A DNA stretch of 64,000 nucleotides from an uncultured bacterium (GTDB lineage Bacteria; CSSED10-310; CAZUFC01): NCBI GenBank assembly GCA_964619725.1, contig CAZUFC010000010.1, positions 55,468-119,467 on the forward strand, given 5' to 3'. Position numbers and translations under genes: made by a program. A model generated the notes under the pieces. That model was not told the DNA's origin. It saw only the letters and a list, made by a program, of their open reading frames with translations, and searched no databases. Shown in pieces: positions 47,734 to 57,083 of this stretch; positions within the stretch are counted from its first letter, which is position 1, and the number at the start of each line of letters is the position of its first letter.

Positions 47734-48079
47734 TCTTAACCGCCTGACCGAACGAAATGCGCAACATCCCGGCGCCTGCCCATAAACTAAAATCTCATTG
47801 AAAATTCAGAACTCCCTTTATGTGGAGCTTCACATAACAAGATAACTGAAATCACAGCGGCAAGCAGGTGCAAATTATACGCCTGAAAATGCGCCTTCTT
47901 CGACATCGTCCTGTTTTAAAGCTATTCTGATGAATTTGACTTGCTTTCCTTTTTTCGTTAATACGAATCCAGAGAAGGGAAGGAGCTGTTATAAATTCTG
48001 TATTTCACAAATTTTTTTGCGAGCGAAGTGAGATATTAATGAAATACAATAAAAAAAATACTTGCAAGGAGGCAATCCA

Positions 48080-49381
48080 ATGGAACGTTTGATGAAATTG
48101 AGCAGCGTTATATTCATGATTTTTCTTTCCGGTACTGCAATGTCAGAAGTTCCCCATCAGATAAACTATCAGGGACATTTAACAGACTATCTGGGGGAAG
48201 AATTGGACGGAGAATTCGATTTCGTTTTTTACCTGTATGACGCGCCGGCGGCTGGAAATCTGTTATGGTCCGAGGTGCAGACCGACGTTTTGGTGAACGA
48301 GGGAGTCTTTCACATTATTCTGGGATCGGAAAACGAGCTTGATTTGGATTTCAGCGCGCATTACTGGCTTGAGATAGCAGTTGAAGGGGAAGTTCTTTCT
48401 CCGAGACAATTAATGACGAGCGTAGGCCAGGCTTATATTTCGGAAAATGCGGAAGACGTATACGGCCGAGATATAAATCCCCGGACCGTCAGCATCACCG
48501 GTTACGGCGGGATGGTCATTGATGAAACAGGACAATGGGTAGGCGATCCCACGGGATTGAAGGGGCCCACCGGACCGTCTGGTCCTGCCGGAGAGCCAGG
48601 TCCTGTAGGTCACACCGGACCGCAAGGACCTCAAGGCGACACAGGACTGATGGGGCTTATGGGACCTGAGGGGCCAATGGGGTATACAGGACCGCAAGGC
48701 CCCCGGGGCGATACCGGACCTGCGGGATACACGGGACCTCAAGGCCCGACAGGTCCTGTTGCCGGAGCGGATATGCAACTGATCTACAACGATGCCGGAA
48801 CCGCAGCAGGCAGCGAGATATATTATGACGATCAGTCGCAATTTCTGGGAATCGGCGAATCGAATCCTCAAAGCAGGCTCCAGGTCAACGGTATGGTCCA
48901 TTCAATGTCGGGAGGATACAAATTTCCCGACGGCTCCGTGCAAGTCAGCGCTATAACCGAGAACGGCGGCATCATACGAGGGACGGTATATTCTCCTTCC
49001 AACAATCTTACAGCATCCGACGATGCTCAAAAAAGCTTCAGCGGCACAAGTTGGCAAAAAATAAAGGAAATGTACATACCGGCGAATGTTATGGTTTCCA
49101 CTTTAAGATTCAAATTCGACACAAGAAGTTCCATGGTCAATCAGCACCTGCGGGCGACCATCTACAGGAATGGAGAACCCATCGGGGATGAACATCACAC
49201 CCAGGTCGACAGTTGGACCACTATCACGGAAGATATCGAAGGATGGAAAGAAGGAGACCTGATAGAACTATGGGCAAAAATGGGGTACAGCAGTCATACC
49301 GGCTACATCAGGAACTTCAGAATCTACGGCACGGGACAGTATGTATATTCCGACGATGCGCCCGACTGGCCGACTGACTGA
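48080..49381 (+). CDS. Secreted collagen-like (Gly-X-Y) fibre protein
   Basis: Signal peptide, N-terminal [13 protein letters not shown] domain, over 20 GXY triplets (~48555-48760), [12 protein letters not shown] 48080 behind AGGAGG. Confidence 0.82.
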   Translation: MERLMKLSSVIFMIFLSGTAMSEVPHQINYQGHLTDYLGEELDGEFDFVFYLYDAPAAGNLLWSEVQTDVLVNEGVFHIILGSENELDLDFSAHYWLEIAVEGEVLSPRQLMTSVGQAYISENAEDVYGRDINPRTVSITGYGGMVIDETGQWVGDPTGLKGPTGPSGPAGEPGPVGHTGPQGPQGDTGLMGLMGPEGPMGYTGPQGPRGDTGPAGYTGPQGPTGPVAGADMQLIYNDAGTAAGSEIYYDDQSQFLGIGESNPQSRLQVNGMVHSMSGGYKFPDGSVQVSAITENGGIIRGTVYSPSNNLTASDDAQKSFSGTSWQKIKEMYIPANVMVSTLRFKFDTRSSMVNQHLRATIYRNGEPIGDEHHTQVDSWTTITEDIEGWKEGDLIELWAKMGYSSHTGYIRNFRIYGTGQYVYSDDAPDWPTD

Positions 49382-49427
49382 TTATGTAAAAAGGCATGAT
49401 GACAAAAAGAACAAAAAGCAAAGCACG

Positions 49428-49870
49428 GGGTTAATCGAGCGAAGCGAGAGCAACCCTGGGCAGGATGGATGAATTTAAGCATCCTGAAAGGGTTTAACAG
49501 AAAGCAAAAGCAATTAATCCGGTCGATTGCGTCAATTGACGATTATCCGTACCTTCTTATTCTGCCAGGTCGCCGATCTGATTAGTTGGGACAGCAGCGG
49601 AAGGAAATCAGGATAAACGCTGAAAAAAGGGACGATTTCATTCGTTGAGCGTTGCGGAGTTTTATTTCGTTATCGGTTATAGAATGCGCCCTGGAAAGCG
49701 GCAGGATGCCGATTCTACTTTTACTTCTTTGATTTTTATTGGGGCTCATGAAAAATTGGTTTTATGAAGGCAGGCGCGGCATCCTGCCGCATTCGTTCGG
49801 CTCTATACATACAGACCATAGAAAATAATCCATTCGACGATTACTGGGAGTGCAGGCTTCCAGCCTGCCT
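49428..49870. repeat. Intergenic cluster of REP-like palindromes
   Basis: GCGGCAGGATGCCG (49698-49711) inverted at CGGCATCCTGCCGC (49777-49790); GCAGGCT-TCC-AGCCTGC (49852-49868); CAGGATG...CATCCTG (49461-49487). Confidence 0.55.
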
Positions 49871-50138
49871 GCGCATCGTACACATCCATGAAACGAAAAA
49901 CTCTCTGTCAGGCCTTACCTTTAAATCGACCGGAATTGACGACGCAGGCGGTAAAACCCTTCCGTAAGAATAAATAAGGCATTACAAAAGGAGCTGACTG
50001 AAATACCCTCCTTCGAAAACCCGAACGAATTCCCATTCAAAATGATAAAAGGAAGACGAACCATTCAAGCGCGGTTATAGCGGGTTCTCCGGCTTCAGGC
50101 TTTGCTTGGAGCCCAGGAAAACAGGTCAGACTTCAGCT

Positions 50139-51467
50139 TTACTTTATTTTTTCCCAGACCTTCTCAGCCAGCTTTCTGGATTCTGCAGCGATTTTTTCCT
50201 CGTCGAAAACCAATATTCTTTTGTTCTGCATCAATATTTTTCCGTTAACGATCGTTGTATCGACTACAGCGTCAGTCATTCCGAAAATGAAGTGTCCCAG
50301 AAAGTTGCCGGCGTTCAATTCAGTAGGAGGAATATAATCGAGAAGGGCGATATCCGCTGCTGCGCCTTTTTCGATTACGCCTATTTTCACCGGGAAATAT
50401 TTATTCGCAATTTCAGCATTGTTCCACAGGAGCATTTGAGGAGCTTCGCAAAAGGCGACTCTGGGGTCTCTGTTGTCCAGTCGGTGCAGGAGATAGGCGC
50501 AGCGCATTTGAGCGGGCATATCGGAAGACATGCCGTCCGTTCCGAGGCCCATGAGGATGTCTTTTTTCATCATATCGAGGACCTTGGCGGTTCCGACCGC
50601 ATTATTCATATTGGATTCGGGATTATGAACCGCCTGTGTTTTCGTTTTTGTTATAAGCTCCATTTCATTCTGATCGATATTGACGCAGTGAATAAAAAGT
50701 GAATTTTCGCCGCAGATACCCCTGTCGACGAGTCTTTCGACAGTCCGTTTTCCGTATTTTTTCAAGGAATCTTCCGGGTCTTCGACGCCTTCAGCGACAT
50801 GCAGGTGATACCCGGTGCCGTATTTTTCTGCGATTTCGCGACAGGCCATGAGCGTTTGATCCGAGACGGTGAAGGAAGCATGAATGCCCATCATGCCGGC
50901 CAGAAATTCAGATTTCTCCATCTCCATCCTTTTCAGGAATCTTTCATTTTCCTTGATGCCGGCGCCCGGTTCGTTTCTATCTGAGACTTCATAGCAGAGA
51001 ACCGCCCGAATGCCGCTCTGCAGGACGGCATTGGCCAGTTCATCCAGGCTGCCGTCCCGGTAGGAGGGACTGGCATGATGGTCCAGGATCGTGGTCGTGC
51101 CGTTTCTGATGCATTCGATGAGCGGAATGACGGCGCTGAGATAGACCGAATCTCTTGACAGGGCCATATCGAGTTTCCACCACAGCCGCTCCAGAATCTC
51201 CTGGAAGCTGTAAGCCGGTTCTCCAGGCGGAGCGAATCCTCGCGCCATTGTGCTGTAAAGGTGATGATGGGCGCATATGAACCCGGGAAGCACGACTTTA
51301 TTCTTCGCGTCTATGACTGTCCGCGCCGGATATTTCTTTTTTATTTCGTCCGAGACGCCGACCTCTTCAATCCTGCCGTTTTTGACGAATACGGCGCCTC
51401 CATGAATAACCTGATTATTCTCACCCAAAGTAATGACTGTACCGTCCGTAATAATGAATTCATCCAT
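50139..51467 (-). CDS. ssnA: SsnA-like metal-dependent amidohydrolase
   Basis: PGFICAHHHLYS, DHHAS, GIHASFT, HVAEG, HNPESNMNNAVG, GLGTDG; probable ATG 51467. Confidence 0.88.
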   Translation of the reverse strand: MDEFIITDGTVITLGENNQVIHGGAVFVKNGRIEEVGVSDEIKKKYPARTVIDAKNKVVLPGFICAHHHLYSTMARGFAPPGEPAYSFQEILERLWWKLDMALSRDSVYLSAVIPLIECIRNGTTTILDHHASPSYRDGSLDELANAVLQSGIRAVLCYEVSDRNEPGAGIKENERFLKRMEMEKSEFLAGMMGIHASFTVSDQTLMACREIAEKYGTGYHLHVAEGVEDPEDSLKKYGKRTVERLVDRGICGENSLFIHCVNIDQNEMELITKTKTQAVHNPESNMNNAVGTAKVLDMMKKDILMGLGTDGMSSDMPAQMRCAYLLHRLDNRDPRVAFCEAPQMLLWNNAEIANKYFPVKIGVIEKGAAADIALLDYIPPTELNAGNFLGHFIFGMTDAVVDTTIVNGKILMQNKRILVFDEEKIAAESRKLAEKVWEKIK

Positions 51468-51511
51468 AACTGTTCTCCTGCCTGAGTAATTTCCTAAAAC
51501 ATCAATTAACG

Positions 51512-54067
51512 TCAATCTTCTTTCAGCGCTGCGGCTTCTTCCGGCGTTCGTTCCCTCATGCTCAACGCTCCAACGAAACACATGAAGTTGCACATTCTGC
51601 ATCCTATGCATTTTGAGGCGTCTGTTTCCGGAAAACCTTCATCATTGTAACTTATAGCCAGATAAGGGCATCGCCTGCAATTCCCGCACTGAACGCATAT
51701 TTCCTCATCAACCTGTGAAATTTTCTTATCGGCCGACAATTCCATGAAGTCCCTGATGGGATCGGGCAGGGCAATTCCTGTGAGCTTTTGAACTGAATCG
51801 ATGCCGCGGTGCGCCATGAGATGGCTTAGTCCAGACTTCAGTTCATCAATTACGGCATAGCCGTTTACCGTAGGCATCGAGCAGAATTGAACAGTTCTGC
51901 ATCCCAAGGCCAGGAAATCGGCGGCCTGTTTGTAATCCATAGGTCCGCCATTGCCTGATATTTCAATGCCCAGAGGAGCCGCCTTGGCCAGGGACAGGTA
52001 GCTTATGTTCAACGCTCCTTCACCGGCCATTCCTACTACGACGCCCTCTTCCCAGTTTTCTTTTTCACCTTTTTGAAACGCCATTGTGGGAAAAGTATTG
52101 GCCAGGGTAACGCCTGCTTTTTTATCTGGATAACGTTCAAAGACTTTCTTTATTTCCTTTAAAATCGCCTCGATGGATGTGACGGCGCCGGTCAATTTGA
52201 AAATCTTGGGCACATTCCCCCTGCCGGCATCCATCACCCAGTCGATAATTTTGGCTGACAACTCAGCGTTTTGAGATACGATGTCGCCTTCTGTGCCGTC
52301 GCCCCCTTGCGGGCACGAAAGACTGTATTCGATAGCCATAACTCCGGCATCTTCGAGTTTTTTCGTATTGCCCTGCCATCCGCGCTTGTCCGCCTCGTCG
52401 TCGCCCGTCACCGGTCCGCCCGTCGATGCGATCGTCATTCTGTCCGGATACTGCTCAACCAGCTCCTTGACCTCACGGCACACCCGGTCAAGAGGATGCC
52501 CTGAAACGTTATCGCAGTTCGCATAGGTCCTTTCCGTAAATTCATACATATATTCGGCGGGAATGTGTATCGCTGCGCCGTCGAACGCTGTTTTCATGAT
52601 CGCTCCCGGCCATCCCGCTTCATACGCCTTCTTCATCTGCTCCAGTCCGTCGGTCAGCGGCGAAGCGGAAAGCAGGAACGGACTCGAAATAGTTTTGCCG
52701 AAAAAATCGGTCTCCAGCGATACCGGCTCGAAATTATAACCCGGTATCTGTATCTCGCTCTTCACATGTCCGCGCTCGTCCCGTTTAAACTCCGGCACAT
52801 CTTTGCCCTCTAAATAACAATCAACCTGCTCTGCAGCATTTTTTCCCGCCGCCGACGCCTCAACCACAGTCGTCGGACCTTCAAGAAAATCACCCGCATA
52901 AAAAATTCCCGGTTCGTCCGTTCTGGGTACCCCCGGCTTAGCTCCTATGGCGATGATGATCCTGTCAATGTCGTTCCTTACGACTTCGCTCCCTGGAATC
53001 GGCTCCACAGCATCGGGCGCAAATTTCCGCCCTTCTTTCAATCGTACCTTTACCAGCGATAATCCGTAAATATCGCCGTTATTCATCAGAATCGACTGTG
53101 CCTGTATCCTGCCGTTAACGTCTATACCGCTGTTTACTAACTCACCCATCTCCCGGTTCGTCAAAGGCATCTCGCTCAAATTCTCCAGCGCAAACAATTC
53201 CACCCGGCCGGCGCCGTGAAGAAGCGCAGTCATACCGCAATCAAAAGCGGTAGCGCCGCCGCCTATTATCCCCACATTGCCGGAAACGTCATAATCAGCA
53301 GGACTCGCCAGAAACGGTATTCCCGGTATCGCCTTATCCTCGTTCAATATGCCGGGATAAATCGGCTCCCACAATCCCGCAGCGACTATGACCGCATCAT
53401 AGCCCTTTTCCAATAATTCGCCAGGATTCCGGACCTCGGCGTTCGTCTGAAGTTCTATGTTCCCTAATCTCAACGTCCAGTCTATATCTGTCTTTAATAC
53501 TTCCCTGTCCAGCCTGAAATCAGGTATCAAATTGCACATGCCTCCAGGTTCCGGCCCCTTCTCAAATATGGTCACCGAGTATCCCCGACGGCTCAATAAT
53601 GCCCCCGCACCTAATCCGGTCGGTCCCGATCCCACAATCGCTATCCGCTTTCCGTTCGACTCCGGATCAGCCAGTCTCGGCATTACCCCCAGCCGCTTGG
53701 CCTTCTCGATTATCGTCGCCTGCACTTTAGGAATGTTCACGGCCGAATCGAACTTCTTATGCACGCATGCCGACATGCAATGCTTCTCCGGGCACGTCTG
53801 ACCACATATTCCGCCTAACGGGTTCATCGTCATGATTAAAGCCGCCGCTCGCGCTATGTCCGAAGCTTCCCCCACATAAGCCGCCTTGATGAAATCCGCC
53901 GGCGAACAATCGCATGGACATGCCTCCTTGCATGGCTTGTCCGCACAATATTCACATTTCTCGTATTCAGCCTGCAATTGCGCGTCCGTCAAAAATAAAT
54001 TCAAATCATATACCGATTCTCCAGCATCACCCGGTATCAGTCTGCGCTTCTTCGATACGTCAGTCAT
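51512..54067 (-). CDS. Single-chain dihydropyrimidine dehydrogenase-like flavoenzyme (PreT-like + PreA-like + ferredoxin)
   Basis: C..C...PC...CP, NPLGGICG..CP, GSGPTG, GGGATAFD; FMN barrel with KT and YSLSCP; C-terminal pair of Cys-cluster motifs; start at 54067, 54085 or 54106. Confidence 0.85.
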   Translation of the reverse strand: MTDVSKKRRLIPGDAGESVYDLNLFLTDAQLQAEYEKCEYCADKPCKEACPCDCSPADFIKAAYVGEASDIARAAALIMTMNPLGGICGQTCPEKHCMSACVHKKFDSAVNIPKVQATIIEKAKRLGVMPRLADPESNGKRIAIVGSGPTGLGAGALLSRRGYSVTIFEKGPEPGGMCNLIPDFRLDREVLKTDIDWTLRLGNIELQTNAEVRNPGELLEKGYDAVIVAAGLWEPIYPGILNEDKAIPGIPFLASPADYDVSGNVGIIGGGATAFDCGMTALLHGAGRVELFALENLSEMPLTNREMGELVNSGIDVNGRIQAQSILMNNGDIYGLSLVKVRLKEGRKFAPDAVEPIPGSEVVRNDIDRIIIAIGAKPGVPRTDEPGIFYAGDFLEGPTTVVEASAAGKNAAEQVDCYLEGKDVPEFKRDERGHVKSEIQIPGYNFEPVSLETDFFGKTISSPFLLSASPLTDGLEQMKKAYEAGWPGAIMKTAFDGAAIHIPAEYMYEFTERTYANCDNVSGHPLDRVCREVKELVEQYPDRMTIASTGGPVTGDDEADKRGWQGNTKKLEDAGVMAIEYSLSCPQGGDGTEGDIVSQNAELSAKIIDWVMDAGRGNVPKIFKLTGAVTSIEAILKEIKKVFERYPDKKAGVTLANTFPTMAFQKGEKENWEEGVVVGMAGEGALNISYLSLAKAAPLGIEISGNGGPMDYKQAADFLALGCRTVQFCSMPTVNGYAVIDELKSGLSHLMAHRGIDSVQKLTGIALPDPIRDFMELSADKKISQVDEEICVQCGNCRRCPYLAISYNDEGFPETDASKCIGCRMCNFMCFVGALSMRERTPEEAAALKED

Positions 54068-54414
54068 AATTCCGAAATCCTCCATTTTTCTTTTTGTTTT
54101 TATCAAATATATAAATTTTTATATTCCTTCCTCAAATGAATCCTCGAAAAAATCAATACTCATCATTCGTAAGATCATTTCCGGCATCTCTATATTCGAG
54201 ACTCCCCGGCAACTTTTAGAACAGCTTAAGCAAAAGGCATAAACCGTCTTCGTTGCACACGATTTTAATATGAAAATTATTCCCTGTCCATGATTTTGTT
54301 TCACTTCGACACCCAACGGCGGATTTGCCGCAGCGGCTCCGGTTATCCCTCTCCAGTGAGTGTCCACAAATTAGAATCTCAATTCAAAATTCAATGCTGG
54401 ACAGGCGCTCTCTA

Positions 54415-54443
54415 TTGACATTTTTAACGCTCTTTCATACTTT
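54415..54443 (+). promoter_or_regulatory. Sigma-70-type promoter
   Basis: TTGACA-N17-TACTTT about 85 nt upstream of the 54527 gene. Confidence 0.6.
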
Positions 54444-54526
54444 CATTAAGTGATCATTTTCGTATAAGCGCTAACTGAAAAAAACTTTTCAGGCGAATCG
54501 GTTAAACTCAACACAAGGAGATGTAA

Positions 54527-55216
54527 ATGAAAGCTGCAATAAGGGTCCTGTCGATGATTGTAATGTTTGCCTTTCTGCTCACCGCTTACGTCGCAGCCGG
54601 CGACAAGGAGGGTTCGGACATAGCCGCCGGCCTGAAGGAAGCCTTGCAGGTCGGCATCAAAAACGCGGTCGAAAAAACAGGCGTTGAAGACGGTTTTTAC
54701 AAAAACATGGATATTAAGATACTGCTGCCGAAAAAACTGAAACAGGTCGACGATATACTGCAATCCATCGGCGCCGGCGAACTTTCTGAAAAACTGGTCG
54801 AAAAAATGAACCGCGCCGCTGAAAAAGCCGCTCCCGCAGCAAAAGAAATTTTCATCGATGCCATTAAAGAGATTAAATTCGATGACGCTTCCAAAATACT
54901 GTTCGGGGAATCCAACGAAGCCACGGAATATCTGAAAAACAAAACCAGCGATGCGCTCCAAAAGGAATTTTATCCCCTGGTTAAAGAATCGATGGAAGAA
55001 GTCAAAGCCATAGAAACCTACAACAATCTGGTGGAAAAATATCAGTCGAACCCCCTGGTGGAGCAGTTCGACCTGGACATCAATAAATACGTGACCAAAG
55101 AAGCCCTGAACGGCCTCTTCAAAGTAGTAGCTGAAGAAGAAGAAAAAATTAGAAAAGACCCTGCAGCCAGAGGTTCCGACATTTTAAAGGAAATCTTCGG
55201 GAAAATGACGGAATAA
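54527..55216 (+). CDS. DUF4197-family exported protein
   Basis: GLKEAL, KILLP, MNRAAE, ATEYL, GLF.VVAEEE.KIR.DP.AR. Confidence 0.88.
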   Translation: MKAAIRVLSMIVMFAFLLTAYVAAGDKEGSDIAAGLKEALQVGIKNAVEKTGVEDGFYKNMDIKILLPKKLKQVDDILQSIGAGELSEKLVEKMNRAAEKAAPAAKEIFIDAIKEIKFDDASKILFGESNEATEYLKNKTSDALQKEFYPLVKESMEEVKAIETYNNLVEKYQSNPLVEQFDLDINKYVTKEALNGLFKVVAEEEEKIRKDPAARGSDILKEIFGKMTE

Positions 55217-55383
55217 CGGCGATGGGCTGAGCGTTCAGTCAGAAAACTAACATTGCGTCGAATGTTCAAACTTAAAGAGTTCATTTGTTTTATATTCTGA
55301 GACGAACCAGATTGCTCTTTTGAAAATATTAAACCGACTAAAACAAAAAATGTAACTGAAACGACATTGGGGAGAAAAAACAA

Positions 55384-56283
55384 ATGCTTTTTGGTAGAAA
55401 AAAGGATACAAACAATAATAAAGGCAAGACAAAAGAAACTCGCCACATTAAAGAAAATAACATTACTCCAGGCGATCTCGCAGAATTAAAGTGGGACCCG
55501 CAGAATGAGATGGAGTCGTTGGAGAAGTACAAATCTTTCGTAACCAATAAAGCGAAGGAAGTTATCGATTGGTATCTGGAACGGAAAAGTTCTAAAAAAT
55601 GGTGGGCTCAGAGACTCAGACTTTTCGCTGTTATTTTTGCAACGATAGGCGGAATTATTCCCATTTTGTCAGGCATATTCGAAAAACTGGACGCGTCGTG
55701 GTCTGCAGTAGTCTTAGCGGTCGCTGCGGCATGCGTTATGATTGACAAATTGTTTGGTTTTTCCAATTCATGGATGAGATTCATCAGCACCGAATTGGAA
55801 GTTCAGACTCGTCTGGACGATTTTCTTATGGAGTGGATACAGGCAAAGGCAAAACTGAAGGACACCGACCCTACTCCAGAGGAGCGCGATGAATTCCTGA
55901 AATTATGCCGCAATTTTTTAACGAATCTCGACAGATTGATCCAGGAAGAATCCAAGCTCTGGATACAGGAATTCAAAGGCGCCCTGGCTCAAATCGATAA
56001 ACAGCTCCAGCAGCAGATAACCTCGGTAAAAAGAGGCGGAATAAACATAACGGTGACGAATTACGATCAAATTCAAGAGGGCAGCGGAAAAGTCAGGCTT
56101 GACGGTGATGAAAAAAACTTAAACGGCAAAACGGTCGCGTACAAAGATAAATTTGCCGGAAGATATAAAGTGACGATCGAAGGGAACCTGAAGGATAATG
56201 GAAACGAAAAGCCTGCAACAATAGAAAAGCTGGTAGAAATCAAAGAAGATTCCATAACAACCGCCGAAATGACCCTCGAGTAA
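55384..56283 (+). CDS. SLATT-domain two-TM protein with C-terminal beta-rich domain
   Basis: IDWY...KKWW, two TM helices, DKLFGFSNSWMRF, EE..LW..EF. Confidence 0.75.
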   Translation: MLFGRKKDTNNNKGKTKETRHIKENNITPGDLAELKWDPQNEMESLEKYKSFVTNKAKEVIDWYLERKSSKKWWAQRLRLFAVIFATIGGIIPILSGIFEKLDASWSAVVLAVAAACVMIDKLFGFSNSWMRFISTELEVQTRLDDFLMEWIQAKAKLKDTDPTPEERDEFLKLCRNFLTNLDRLIQEESKLWIQEFKGALAQIDKQLQQQITSVKRGGINITVTNYDQIQEGSGKVRLDGDEKNLNGKTVAYKDKFAGRYKVTIEGNLKDNGNEKPATIEKLVEIKEDSITTAEMTLE

Positions 56284-56287
56284 AAAA

Positions 56288-56622
56288 TCCAAATTTCAGA
56301 ACTCCTGACAAGAATGTCACAAACTATTGAAAAAGTGTAATTTTCTCGCATTACAACTCGGCATAATAATTGTGAAGTTTTTACCCCCCCTATATCCGGT
56401 GGAAGAGCGTTGATTAATCGAAATTCAAACATGAGCTCTGAAGTTAATGATGATTTATGATAATGCTTCGTATGGGATGAAACAGGTTCTATTTCGATTA
56501 ATCAACGGACCCGCAATGGGGGGACTTTGTTTCACAAGAATTTTTTCGAACATCTATAGTTTTTTTTCGTCAAAGATTTACAATTTTTCATTAGCGAATG
56601 TCAGGAGATGTGAATTTTAGGA
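56288..56622. repeat. Long imperfect palindrome (nested inverted repeats)
   Basis: CTCCTGACA 56302-56310 / TGTCAGGAG 56599-56607; perfect 17-bp IR 56408-56424 / 56491-56507; TTGTGAA/TTCACAA and C-run/G-run pairs in between. Confidence 0.8.
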
Positions 56623-56677
56623 ATTGATCAAAAATGGATATTGTGAAAATTCTTCAGAATACCCCGTCATTTAGTAT

Positions 56678-56931
56678 CGATTTAGATATCGATACCGATT
56701 CCGATAACGACCCCGATACCGACCCCGACCCCGATAACGACCCCGATACCGACCACGACCCCGACCCCGACTCCGATTCCAACCCCGATTCCGATACCGG
56801 GCCCGATACCAACCCCGATACCGACCCCGATAACGACCCCGATAACGACCCCGACTCCGATTCCGACCCCGATTACTGAAACAAACTGTCAAACATTTTG
56901 AAAAAAGTGCAACCACGATTTGATCAGTCCC
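56678..56931 (+). repeat. Hexamer array (33 units, mostly CGAYNN) plus 65-bp conserved core, copy 1
   Basis: Array 56678-56875; core 56867-56931 CCCCGATTACTGAAACAAAC...ATCAGTCCC. Confidence 0.9.
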
Positions 56932-56965
56932 AAATTTTTTACAACCCAGGAAAAAGTAAGAACCT

Positions 56966-57049
56966 GTCCCTTCGTCCCTTAGGTCCCTTAGGTCCCTTAT
57001 GTCCCTTGGTCCTTCACTCCTTCACTCCTTAACTCCTTCACTCCTTCAC
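56966..57049 (+). repeat. Adjacent 8-9-bp tandem arrays (5 x GTCCCTTN(N), then 5 x TCCTTMAC)
   Basis: Read directly from the sequence. Confidence 0.88.
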
Positions 57050-57083
57050 CACCCAAAAACCCAACAACGACCATCCCCCAAAA

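Noticed and set aside
56288-56622. Retron msr-msd interpretation of the palindrome
   Set aside because: No reverse transcriptase in the window and no recognisable msr features; kept only as an unexplained palindrome
56634-56916. ORFs 56634-56879 (+, DPDTD-rich) and 56671-56916 (-, RGRYR-rich)
   Set aside because: Open only because of the hexamer array; the same array gives different low-complexity peptides at other copies
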